64,000 bases of DNA from Trichinella spiralis (lineage: Eukaryota): contig NW_003526943.1 of assembly GCF_000181795.1 (NCBI RefSeq), positions 4,553,228 to 4,617,227 of the forward strand. Reading direction: 5' to 3'. Positions 53,205 through 64,000 of this stretch are shown one piece after another (the first letter of the stretch is position 1; each line of letters begins with the position of its first letter). A model generated the notes under the pieces. That model did not search any database, had not been told where the DNA came from, and was given only the letters and a program-made list of their open reading frames with translations. The translations under genes were made by a program, and so were the position numbers.

Positions 53205-54670
53205 TCAACTTACAGAAAACGTAGTTACAACGAGCTATCTTTGGAAGATAAATTTCGCTGAAGGTCATTAGCAGCGAAGTTTCGAGTATCCAAAGGATAT
53301 TCTGGAGAGGAAAAAAGAAATAACGTTCATTCAAGTCGTCACAGGATACAGATGAGAAGGACTGAAAATGCTGGGGTAAATGTTTTAATATGGCAATATT
53401 TTTGTCACGCTCGATCAAAGGGGTTTTCTGTGAGCAGTCCACTGGTGAAGGAAGAGGCGCTCTATTTTGCTCAGCAGTTGGGAAGATCAGACTTTCGTGC
53501 ATCAGCGAGCTGGCTGGAGTGCTTTGAAAAACGCCATAACATCAAGCTTAAAGTTATAAGCGGAACGGATTTGCCAGCGTGGATGAAGGAACTGTAAACA
53601 ATTGGAAGGAGCGTCTTTTTGAGATTTTGAAGTGTTATGAGAAGAGAAATATATTCAATTGCGATGAAAAGGAACTTCTGTTCAGAACTATTCCAAATAA
53701 CTGTTATGAACGACAAGTGTAAAGGTAGTAAGTTGTCTAAGGAGCGCCTGACCGTATTGCTTCCTGTCAGTATGACTGGAGAAAAACTTTTTCCACTTGT
53801 TATTGTGAAAAGTGAGAAACCACGATGGTTCAAATATGTATAGTCAGAAGATTTGCCGATTAAGTGGGTATGGAACAAGAATAATGAGATCTTTACAAAA
53901 TGATTGGAAGAATTAAACCGGCAGATGCGGTTGGCGAACCTCCATATCTTACTTCGTGTTGATAATGCACCTTGCCATGTTGATGTTGAACTTTCGCATG
54001 TGAATATGCTATTCTTCTTTCCTAATGCTACATCAGAAATACATCCACTCGATCAAGATATTATTCTTGACTCTAAACTACGTTATCAAAAACTTCTCTT
54101 ACAAATATTGCTGTTGCGCATGGATGGAACAGGGCATGTTAGTCAACTATCTAAAAAGATAAATGTTTTAGACACCTTGCGTTGGATCAATACAGCTTGG
54201 AAAGATGCAGAGCGCAATACAGTTGTCAAGGGCTACAGAAATGCTGGGTTTCCAACAGATTGTTTTGATAGCAGTTAAATGCCTGACGAAGAACTGCTGA
54301 AGGATATAGAGAAACTGCTCCGTATTGCAAAAGCTGCTGAAACTTCAGCGATGAATTTTGCCAATGGCGACAAATACGTCGAAACGACTGAAGTGCTATC
54401 TTCTTCAAAAGGGGAAGCAGAACTGCTATCGATGAAGAATGCGAAGAAATGGATGCAGATACAGTCAGAAGACGAGAATCAGTCTATTACTCCTGAAAAA
54501 ATAATTTCTCACAAGAAATTCGCTGCATCCTTGGAGAAGATGAAAAATTTTGCTGTTCAAAAACAACCTCAACTGTTACGTCACGTTCAACATCTCGAAA
54601 CTGCATTTTAGACAATTTGCTACGCAGAAGCAACCCCTCAAGCTACACTTGAACAATATCTTTTATAACT
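53205..54670 (+). pseudogene. Tigger (TIGD4/6-like) transposase pseudogene
   Basis: Frameshifted pieces: RKRSYNELSLEDK / RSLAAKFRVSK (psq HTH), FRASASWLECFEKRHNI (CENP-B HTH), IFNCDE, KLSKERLTVLL, LLRVDNAPCH and FFPNATSEIHPLDQDII (DDE_1). Multiple stops and frameshifts. Confidence 0.9.
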
Positions 54671-55446
54671 GTTATAATGTCTGACATAAATGCACTGAAA
54701 ATTTATTTTTGTTGGGTTTTGATTGAATTTACATTCAAACATCCTGTTGTATTGTAATTAAAAACAATGTAAAAGTTGAATAAATTTATGCATGATAAAT
54801 TACCACGCTAGCAGATGCGTCGAATAACGTGTTATCACTTTTCAGTATCTTTTTAAAACCATGTCATGTAATGTAAAAGTAAATTTGTAAGGTGGGACGG
54901 ATATAACAATCAGTAGCATTATACGTGAGCAACCTTTACAAAATAAACATCTCGAACCTGGGCAATAATTTTGGTCCGTGAGTGTCCAAATTATCAAGGA
55001 TTCACCACTATTATATTTGAATATGTCATGGTGTATTTTGATTTAAAACAATTTAAATACACAGTGACATGTTTAGCTCGTATAATTCTGAAGCTTAAAT
55101 CTGTCATTATATTAATAATTGCGTTGTTGTTGTTGTCTGACAATAGTGAACGTCAAGTAAAGTTGTATTAAAACAAACCAGTCAATGAAAAAAACGCAAT
55201 TAAACTAGCTAGCTATATAGAAAAAATCAAAAATATTAAAATTTTTTGCAATGCATATTCAATAAATATATTCAAAAATTATTTTAATGCCTTTTTTATC
55301 ATTTGAAGATTATAAATCTTTTCATTTCTAATCTGCTACTTACTTATCATCCTGCACTGTAATGTAAAATTAGCATTGCTTGTGAATTGCTTTTGAAAGT
55401 ATTTGTGCAGCCGAATTTTCTGAACGAATTAAGTTGAGAAGGAAAA

Positions 55447-56871
55447 ATGAATTACTTTTATGTAACTGGCAATGCTTTTCGCTTTTTCTCTTTGCTTATG
55501 CTGTTTTTGAAAATGTGGGAAACAAAATCTGCCGCTGGTAAAAATTGCATTGCTATTGCAAGTTATTTTTAATTAAGTTTGCATTCATTTTTCAGGTGTC
55601 TCTGCATCATCTGTGATATTATTTGCAATTGTTTTTACCACTCGATATGCTGACTTATTGGTCGCTTTTTATTCATATTACAATACAATTATGAAGGTAT
55701 ATTGTGTTGTTTGTTAAATTATTATATTCAGTTTAAATGCATATGAATAGATATAGATGAATATATGTTTCGTCTTATAAAATTATTATTCTTTATTAGA
55801 AGTCATGCTGTTTATTATCACTTTTCTCAAATGTGTTGTCTATTTATAGCTGGTATATTTGTTGCTTTCCTATTCAACTGTGTATTTAATATTTTTTGAA
55901 CTGCATTCAACTTATGATCATGGAAAAGATTTGTTTCGCACTGAATTACTCATCATTCCATCGTTTTTTTTGGCCCTGACTTTAAATTACAATTTTGAAG
56001 TGATTGAGGTAAGCTCGTGTTATTTATTTTACTTTTTCTGAGAAGCAAGACAGAACGAATTTGTTTTCTCGCTTCATCGATTTAGCTGCATGATTAAAGA
56101 ATGACATTTGCGTTCATTTATTGCGATTGCTTATTTTAAAACTGCTTCTGCGTGTTCCTAGTGTTATAGCCGTTTGTTTTGATTATTTTCTAAAGTGAAG
56201 TATTTTTAATTAATATGAAAAAACAGAATGCTGTTGTTTTCTATATTGGTTGATTTTTTATAATATCATATGTAAATTGTGTTTTTTTTAGATTTGCTGG
56301 ACCTTTAGCATATACTTAGAAACAGTAGCTCTTGTTCCACAATTATATATGGTGTTGAAATCCGGCTTTTTACATTCGACCATTCGTCCTTTTTTATACT
56401 GTTTCACGACATATCGTACGCTGTATTTGTTCAGTTGGATATACAGATATTTCGTCGAAAGTCGATTTGAATTAATTTCTGTTATCTCCGGCTGCGCACA
56501 AATGCTTTTGCTTGCTTCATTTTTCAATCGAAAATTGCGAACAACGTGAGTACTTACTTCTTTTTCATTTGCAACTCGTAAAACATTATTGAAGAAAACT
56601 GTTGATGGGAAACTTAATACTTATTATTGAAATATATGGCCTGCACATTACTGCAAACTATCATTGAATGTTTTGATCATTAACTTATTATTTTACATGT
56701 CTGTGAATATAACTTTTTGTTCTTTGTAGTGAAACATCCTCAAAATTTGGACAAGATACTGTTGATGCTGGTCGAACTATTTATTTCACTCCAACAGCTG
56801 GAAAGATATGCACTACGAAGAATTTGAAACACGATCATACGCAATTTACTGGGGATGTATATTTATTTTAA
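55447..56871 (+). CDS. Divergent KDEL receptor (ERD2) paralog; last exon uncertain
   Basis: Exons 55447-55537, 55596-55696, 55850-56008, 56292-56545, and probably 56730-56871. The first three exon sizes (91/101/159 nt) are identical to the neighbouring erd-2. Motifs [24 protein letters not shown] and [13 protein letters not shown]. Confidence 0.88.
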
Positions 56872-57570
56872 ATAGCTGTGTTTTTATGATTTGAAAATTA
56901 GTTTAGCCTAACGAATAATGTGAAATTAAATTTTTAGTTTTAAAGAACTAAATTTCCAGTAACCAAAGCATGCATGTATTAGTTCAAATGTTGAAGTGTT
57001 TTCTGTATTATCATTTTGTTTTGGCTTAAAATTAAAGAACTATATTAAGAATTCGTTTCAAACTGTAACATTCCGACACACACACACACACATATATATA
57101 TAGGTAAGAGATACACCATGCAACGATTGGCAGACTGTAATTTAAATTTATAAATTGTTTTGTGCACCTGACTTATTTTAATACCTCTTACCGTAATAGT
57201 ACAGTAAGGTATTTTAAAAGGGAGGATAAAAGGGGGTTCACTTAATCGAGTACATAGAAGCAAATGGAGAGCTGTTTTTAAATCTGTTGTTACATATGCT
57301 GATTGATTGATTGAATATTAATTCTTATATGTTGTGATTCGTTCGCAAATTTTCTGATGTATCAAAAAATACTTGAAAGAAATTTAACGACTTTGAAAAG
57401 AAAATCGAAATTTTTTCCATTCATAAATTACACTCTGTTTAAAATACCAGAAATCAGGTAGCATTAAAATGAATTTTACAATTTTAACAGTTTCATTCAA
57501 AATTAAATCTGGGAAGTAAATTTCATAAACAAAACATGTGTATCTTAAATATGACAAGTTTATATCGCAG

Positions 57571-58058
57571 TGTAACGAGTCCAGTATGGGTCGAGTTTTG
57601 GTGGATTTCTGTTTTGCTAATCATTCCACTAGTCATCCGCCTTTGGCGTCTTGTGGCTAGAGTTGGCTTGCTCCATCTGATTTAAGAAACGTTATAAGAG
57701 TGACAACTTCATTAAGATAATTTTATTGAACACAGCAAAGTTTACATCGAAATACATATACAAACATGCAGTTTTTATATAGTGTAATCGCAACTAACGT
57801 AATAGTCTGCACAACAACAATAAAATCCTTTTAATATTGCTTCTGCAACCCATATATTGGGCAGACAGGTGGACCTCTCAACAAGCAGCTGCTCAGTTTT
57901 GGCTGTTCATTATTCGCTCCCAATCTAATGGTCGACTGCATGTCTGGTTTTCTAGGTATCATGGTTATTTGATCCGTAGAATAATAATTTCTTTGGTTTA
58001 TGGCACGGAATTGCCTGAATAAAGTTCAGATTTCAGCTCGGCGTCATGTTTTCCGACA
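57571..58058 (-). mobile_element. Probable solo LTR between the KDEL receptor paralogs
   Basis: GC-enriched 488-bp stretch bounded by TGT...ACA. The minus strand has TATATAAAA (~57773-57781), then AATAAA (~57722-57727). No TSD found. Confidence 0.4.
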
Positions 58059-58439
58059 TTTATAAAATATGACTGTTTCAAATTATAAATTTATGGTAGA
58101 GATTCAAAATAACAAGTAAATACACATTAAAAACTCTGTATTGAAAATTTTGAAAATTATCAACTGGAAAACAAATTTTTCACGTATATTTATTCATAAT
58201 CAATTTTATGTAAAAATTACAAGAAAATGTTAAAATTTTATTAATAAACGAGAAATCTAACTGCAAATAATACTTGCATAATTATTTTAATGAAAATTTT
58301 TAGTCTGTTTTCTGTTTTCTTCAATCCATTAAACTTGATTGTCGTATATACTGTACTGTACATTTTTCTCATCTTCATACGTGGCCTAATTTTGAATTGT
58401 GTCATTAAGTTGAGTTGAGTTGTTTTTTTTGCCAGAGCA

Positions 58440-59898
58440 ATGAACATTTTTCGCATTTCTGGGGATCTGTCTCATTTAATTGCCATTCTCATCTTACTAA
58501 TTAAGATTTGGAAAACGCGATCATGCGCAGGTATTTTTTTCAGTGTAACGTTTTGTACAACTTTAAATTTACTTTACATTTAAAGGTATATCGGGACGTT
58601 CGCAAATTTTGTTTGCACTGGTGTTTTCTACTAGATATCTTGATCTCTTCACGGTGATTTATTCTTACTACAATGCAGTAATGAAAGTAAGTGTTCGTGT
58701 CGATCTTCTTTATGTTTGTACTCTAGTTTGCACGCTTGAGGACAGTTTTAAGTTAATTATTTTGTTTTACTTAATTAGATGTTGGTTTTTAATTTTATGC
58801 ACAAGTGGAGAGCTTAAAGTTCAGTAAATTTCAGTGTTTGGTTTGATCATCTATGCTAAACAAATAAATTGTGTGATGTTGATGATGTTTAGTTTGTTTT
58901 GTTTTACATTTTGTTATCAAAGTAAATGTATAAATTTTCAAAATGTTCTCATCTTATATTAATTTAATGATAAATGAATTGAAGTTTATTTAGTTTTAAG
59001 TTTGGCGCAATTTATTTTTTTTGCATTTAGGTAATTTTTCTGGCTGTTACGTACGCGACACTGTATTTAATTTTCTTCAAGTTCAAAGCTACATATCATC
59101 GCAGTCACGACACTTTTCGAATTGAATTTCTTGTGATTCCTTCATTATTGTTGGCTCTTCTTATTAATCATCAGTTTTCTGTTATAGAGGTGAGTAATGA
59201 ATTGTATGTTTTTTTGAATAATACATTTTGCGCAGTAAATTATTTGAAATTCAGTTTTTTTACATGTACTTAAAATTGATTAAATTTAATAGAATATGTT
59301 TTACCTGTGCTAATAATGTCTAATTTAATTAATTTTACAATTTTGTTTAAACGTTATATGTGTATATTGAGAATGTGCTAATCGAGTTGTTTATTTTTAG
59401 GTGTTGTGGGCATTCAGTATTTATTTGGAATCGGTGGCTATTTTGCCCCAGTTGTTTATGCTGTCAAAAACTGGCGAAGCTGAGACGATAACAAGCCATT
59501 ATTTGTTTGCGTTGGGTCTATATCGTGCACTCTACATTCTGAATTGGATCTACCGATATGTGAACGAAAATTTCAGCGATGCAATTGCTATTGTTTCTGG
59601 TTGCGTTCAGACCATTTTATACGCTGACTTCTTTTATCTCTACGTTACTCGAGGTATGTATAAAATGAAGAATTTCAAAATGTTATTTAGTTTAAAATTA
59701 CTCTTTACAGTAGCGACTTTTTGTAATTCTTTTGTAAGTTAATTTTTTGATAAGTAAGTTCAAACATAAGGTAAAAATAACTTGTGATTGCTTGTTTAGT
59801 GGATGAAAAATAATTACAAACAGTGTTTTTTTTCAATCATGTAATAAAACGATCATTTTATAGTGCTGAAAGGACGCAAGATTCAGTTGCCAGCATAA
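58440..59898 (+). CDS. erd-2: Canonical KDEL receptor (ER lumen protein-retaining receptor), 5 exons, 212 aa
   Basis: Exons 58440-58530, 58586-58686, 59031-59189, 59401-59653, 59864-59898. Sequence [13 protein letters not shown]...STRYLDLF...[13 protein letters not shown]...[12 protein letters not shown]...[22 protein letters not shown]. Confidence 0.97.
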
Positions 59899-61041
59899 AT
59901 CAGATAGAGGCTTTGTCAACATGCCAAAAAAGGAAGATTTGATGGTAATGTTATGGTTTCGATCGTTATTTTCTTCGCTGGGTTTGTTTTTGTAGAATTT
60001 ATTATGAACAGTTATATATCCATATATATAGTGGTAAATTATACGTCAAAAGAGGTGCAGCATACATCATCCATACATGGAATATCCAAGCTTATTGTTT
60101 CCCGTTTATGCATGGAATAGAGATTTAAAATCGAATAAATTTCTTTTGGCGTATACATTTGTTTTTTTAATTGCGAAAAAGCACGTGACTTTATGTAAAA
60201 GTGTTTATAATTTTCAAGAAAATTGATCGTTTGAATTTCAACTAACAGCAATCAAGAAGCTAGAAGCGTATGCGTTCGTTCCTGTTGCACACTGCTACTG
60301 CTGCCTATATTATATATATACATAAGCAGGCTTTCGGCAGTTTGAAGTGTAGTTTTCAACAAAAGAAAAAGAATACGTTTCTATGGAACATGGTCAGTTT
60401 TATTTCGCACAGAACCGCACTAGAATATGTATAAATTTTTTTAAAAACAAAATATGAACAAAGCATATTTTTTGTACACAAATAAATGAATAATATAATC
60501 TGCACAGACGAGACCGAGCTGAGAGAAAGTAGTCTCGTCATTGGTTTTTTTGTTTTTCATTTTACAGTGTCAGCTTTTTCCATTATTCAAAACAGACAGA
60601 AGAAAGCTTCGACTAGAAGAAGAGCGCAGAAGAGAAAAATGTTCGCTGTTCAACTTGGCGCGTAAAAATTTTGTGCAGCGAAATTCGACCGATAAAAGGG
60701 TAAAAAGAACAAAGCGAAAAACCAACATTCAGAGCGCCAAGTCGAAATGGACGACAGACACAAAATTATTTTATATTCCAATGAAGTTGAACTGTTTCGT
60801 TTTGGAGAAGAAACCATTCGTGCCAAACGGCTGGCCCCCCGCGTTACTGTAGTATGTCACACAGAGGCAGGCATGCACACAATTTCGGGAGTGGCCGCCG
60901 CCTTTATTTATTATTTTGTTTAGCGCTTTCCGTTCACACCAGTGTTTGTTGGACTTTCCAAACATGTAAAGCATTGGGGTTCGAAGAAATGCAATGAAAC
61001 AACAATTTCACAAACACTGATGCAACCATGAGCGACAGAGA

Positions 61042-64000
61042 TCAAGGCACTTCCTACAACGCAGAAATAGACGAGAAAATTATTAATATAATTTATCAGT
61101 AACGTTGATGATTTTTTTTTGCAAAATGTGTTTTGAAAAATTACCTGGTTGGACGGCGCGTACATATCCGGCGTGTAGGTGTTGCCAGTTTTCGGCAAAC
61201 TGTTGTTGCTCATCGCGAACGCAGCCTGCAAAGTCGGATAAGCGGTCGCGTAATTGCACATGTTCGGTGCGACAAGCATCATCGAAGCGTTCGTGTCAGT
61301 CATGCACGAATCTTTGTGCATACCGTACGCTGGACTTTCCATCTTGGCATCGCATACAATACCTGAATCGGAAGAGTTTTCCGTTTTCGATTCGTGAAAT
61401 ACATCTACAATTGAAAAATTACAAATTATCCAAATGATTTATTTTGTCGTCGAACAAATAAAAACCTATTCTTTCACAATTTATCATATTATATCACTTT
61501 GATAAAGGAATAAAATGAAAATTTCTCACTCGTACCATCGAATCGATCTATAACAACAGGCTGTAATGGTAAAAGTGGAGGAGGCTGCAGTTGTGGAAGG
61601 GCTTTGGTAGAAGTTGTAGCAGTAGTCGTAGCGGTATTGGTACAAATATTGGTTGCGGTATTAGTAGCAGCAGCCGCGGTAATAACAACATCAGTGGTTG
61701 TTGCTGTAGCAGTTGTTGTTAAAGCAGCCGTAGCACCGGCAACGGTGGTCGCGAGCATCGAAACATGGTCGATGAAAGGCGGCGTCGGATTGTACGGTGA
61801 AGGTAAATAATTGATCATGCTGTTCAAAGGGCTGCCGATGTTGTTGTTGTTGTTGTTGGCTTGAATGATGCCTTCATTACTACTGTTACTGTTGTTATGA
61901 ACAGCAGCAGAAAAGCATCTTCCCGGTTCCATAATGCTTTCCAAATCGACCGTTTCATCACCAACCGGATAAGGCGATGACGTGGAAGATGTGGTCGGTT
62001 CGTACGAACCGAGCCGTTCTTTGGGTATGCGCAGTATCACTCTTGGCAAAGCACCGCCGCCGTCTGCTGAGATCGAAGGTGAAACTGATCCAGTGCTGCT
62101 GCAAGCTGGTTCGCATGGATGCGGTGGCACCGGATACGTGCTGAGCGTCGTGTTTGGCCTCTTCTTTCGACCACTTTTCGTCGAGCTGCCGCCGTTGGTA
62201 CAAGATGCTGTCGCCGCTGCACTGATGCTGCCGTCAATACCTTTCAATTCTGGATGCAACGTGCAAATGTTCAACAATTTCTGTTTCACTTCGTCTTCGA
62301 TCAGTCGTTCCTGCAAACCGACAACCGCCGGAGAAGCTGCCATATCAGCACTACTAGTAGTAGTACTACTACTAGTAGTAGGAACATTTGTCGACACTTT
62401 TGAACTCGGGAAACCACTTTTCTCCTCTTCTTCGGTAAAACTGTACGGTGAACCGCATTCGGAAATCGACGCCACGTCGTTGCTCGTCTCGTTGGTCACT
62501 TTCTGGGTCTTCTTGTATACCGGCACCTTACTGATGCTGGGCTTTCTCACCGGCGATGAGTCGTTACGATTCAATTCCACCAACGGATCGACCAGATACA
62601 AACGACTCACCTTGTGCCTTCGCCAAAATTCATCTTGGTGCTGTAGTCCAGCAGTCGTTGTTGTTGGAATCGGCTGAATGAACTGCGACGGCGAACACGC
62701 GGGAGGAATTGGAGAAAAACGAATCGGACTCGTCGTCTGTTGGAACAAATGCTGCTGCCCTTCTTCGTAATTAGCGGACAACGAGTTAGGTATAACAAGC
62801 ACCAATGGCGCTTTCAACTGCTCCAACGATTCGACAAACTGTGTCCGACTGACAGGCCTTAACTGTGGTGGTTGTTGCTGTTGGTGGTGATGGTGCTGTT
62901 GTTGTTGTTGTTGTTGTTGTTGCTGCTGCTGCTGCTGCTGCTGTTGCATGTCTTCATTTCGTTTAGCTAACATGGACAAATGCCGATCAAGTGCTTGATC
63001 CACTTCAGCTATTTCCCGCTCTTTACGTTTCGCTTTATCACCACCACCACCACCACCACGTCTTTGTTTTGGTCTCTGTTGTTGTTGTTGATGCTGTTGC
63101 GTAGATGATACCAATAAACGAGACTGAATTGTTTCATTTCTATAAATCTCATGTACGGTCATATTTGGAGGTGGTTGTAATGAATTTTGTTCATTAGTAC
63201 GAGTCATGTAAGCGTCGAAGGTGTTTTGTTCCGAATAAGCGCTCGTACTAGCGCCAGTGGAGGAGAGGTAGTCCAGCTGTTGCGTCGAAGTAGGACCAGC
63301 GTAAGCAGTCGCAGCTGCGGCTGCATAACGAGACAAATCTGCGGACAAAGGTATTTGCATTGTTTGTTCGGCAGGTTTGAAAGCGTATTGTGGAGATGCG
63401 GTCGATTTGCAGTAGGATTGAGATTGTAGATGCTGTTGCTGCTGATCGCGCAACATGTTGCCCAAAAAGCAATTATTGAACGACAGATCGCGTGAACTTT
63501 GTTGCGAGTAGACATCCAACGCGGTCTTGTTGCTGCTGTTCAGCTGGCCTCGTGATGCGGCCAGCTTCAACAACGCCACGTCATCTACCTGTTGTTGTTG
63601 TTGTTGGTGTTGGTGTTGCAAGACGTGCTGAGGTAAAACTGCAATTGAAGGAGATTCAGCGGAAGATTTTGGAGAATTGACAGCAACCGGCGTCCCAGCC
63701 GGTGGCATGCTGACGCACGCGTTGTGCATGGTCACCTGTGAACTGTAACCACCGGCAGCACCGTAGAAATTTGTGTTGCAATGATTGGCAAGCGCTGCCA
63801 TCGTTGCCGTCTGAGAATCTAACATCGTCGTTCCGGTGCCAAACATTGGCGGTGGCCCAACATGCGAAGCGACATAATCATTGCCACCGAACGAGCGCAT
63901 ATTTGCCACCGATGTAGGCGTCGGGAAATACATGGACGAAGGCAAGGCTGTCTGGTCCAGATGAGTCGGCATCGGAAAATTCGCAGCCGGACGCTGCGCA
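61042..64000 (-). CDS. 3' part of a large low-complexity (Q/S/T/P-rich) protein of unknown family, probably nuclear; 5' end lies outside the window
   Basis: The frame is open from 64000 to a donor at ~61535 (or ~61529). Then exon 61362-61145 and a probable terminal exon 61053-61042 (EVP*). Coding-like GC content, polyQ/polyN/polyT tracts and basic clusters (KAKRK, GRKKRP). Confidence 0.8.
62895..62947 (-). repeat. Coding CAG/CAA polyglutamine tract
   Basis: A (CAG)n run followed by a (CAA)n run, encoding ~17-18 consecutive Gln. Confidence 0.9.

Larger units (their letters stand above)
51964..55008 (+). mobile_element. Degenerate near full-length Tigger/pogo DNA transposon, with probable nested insertion(s) at ~52150-53200
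   Basis: Left end TA-CAGTGAAACTTG... and a degenerate right end ...GTGTCCAAATTATCAAGGATTCACCAC-TA. Encloses a transposase pseudogene. Confidence 0.7.

Noticed and set aside
61604..63680. Multiple overlapping ORFs on the opposite strand or other frames
   Set aside because: Shadow ORFs of the GC-rich large exon.
1..64000. CRISPR arrays, rRNA, tRNA or well-known conserved miRNAs
   Set aside because: No repeat-spacer periodicity or recognisable RNA gene seen by eye. A covariance-model search was not possible.

Overview
AT-rich, intron-rich eukaryotic DNA. The gene content and short GT-AG introns point to a nematode, probably Trichinella-like, although the organism is an inference. The left half (1-33.8 kb) is gene-poor. 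It holds two convergent intronless GPCRs (an aminergic receptor and an Srx-like receptor), degenerate Tigger/pogo copies with a nested hAT element (8-bp TSD), an internally deleted piggyBac (TTAA TSD) and probable solo LTRs. The right half is gene-dense, and I reconstructed its genes by hand splicing: nucleobindin with a long Q/P/H-rich tail (-), rhotekin-like (+, absent from the ORF track), TMEM237/JBTS14 (+), an A20/AN1 zinc finger (-), an acylation-motif calmodulin-like protein (+), SLC17/sialin-like (+), a dead Tigger with a 288-bp foldback next to its left end, two tandem KDEL receptor genes (+), and the 3' part of a large low-complexity gene (-) that runs off the window. The most interesting signal is the upstream KDEL-receptor paralog. 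It keeps the exon structure and several ligand residues but has replaced the pH-sensor His12 with Arg and lost Arg5, Asp9, Asp193 and the canonical C-terminal tail. No prokaryote-type systems such as CRISPR are present.
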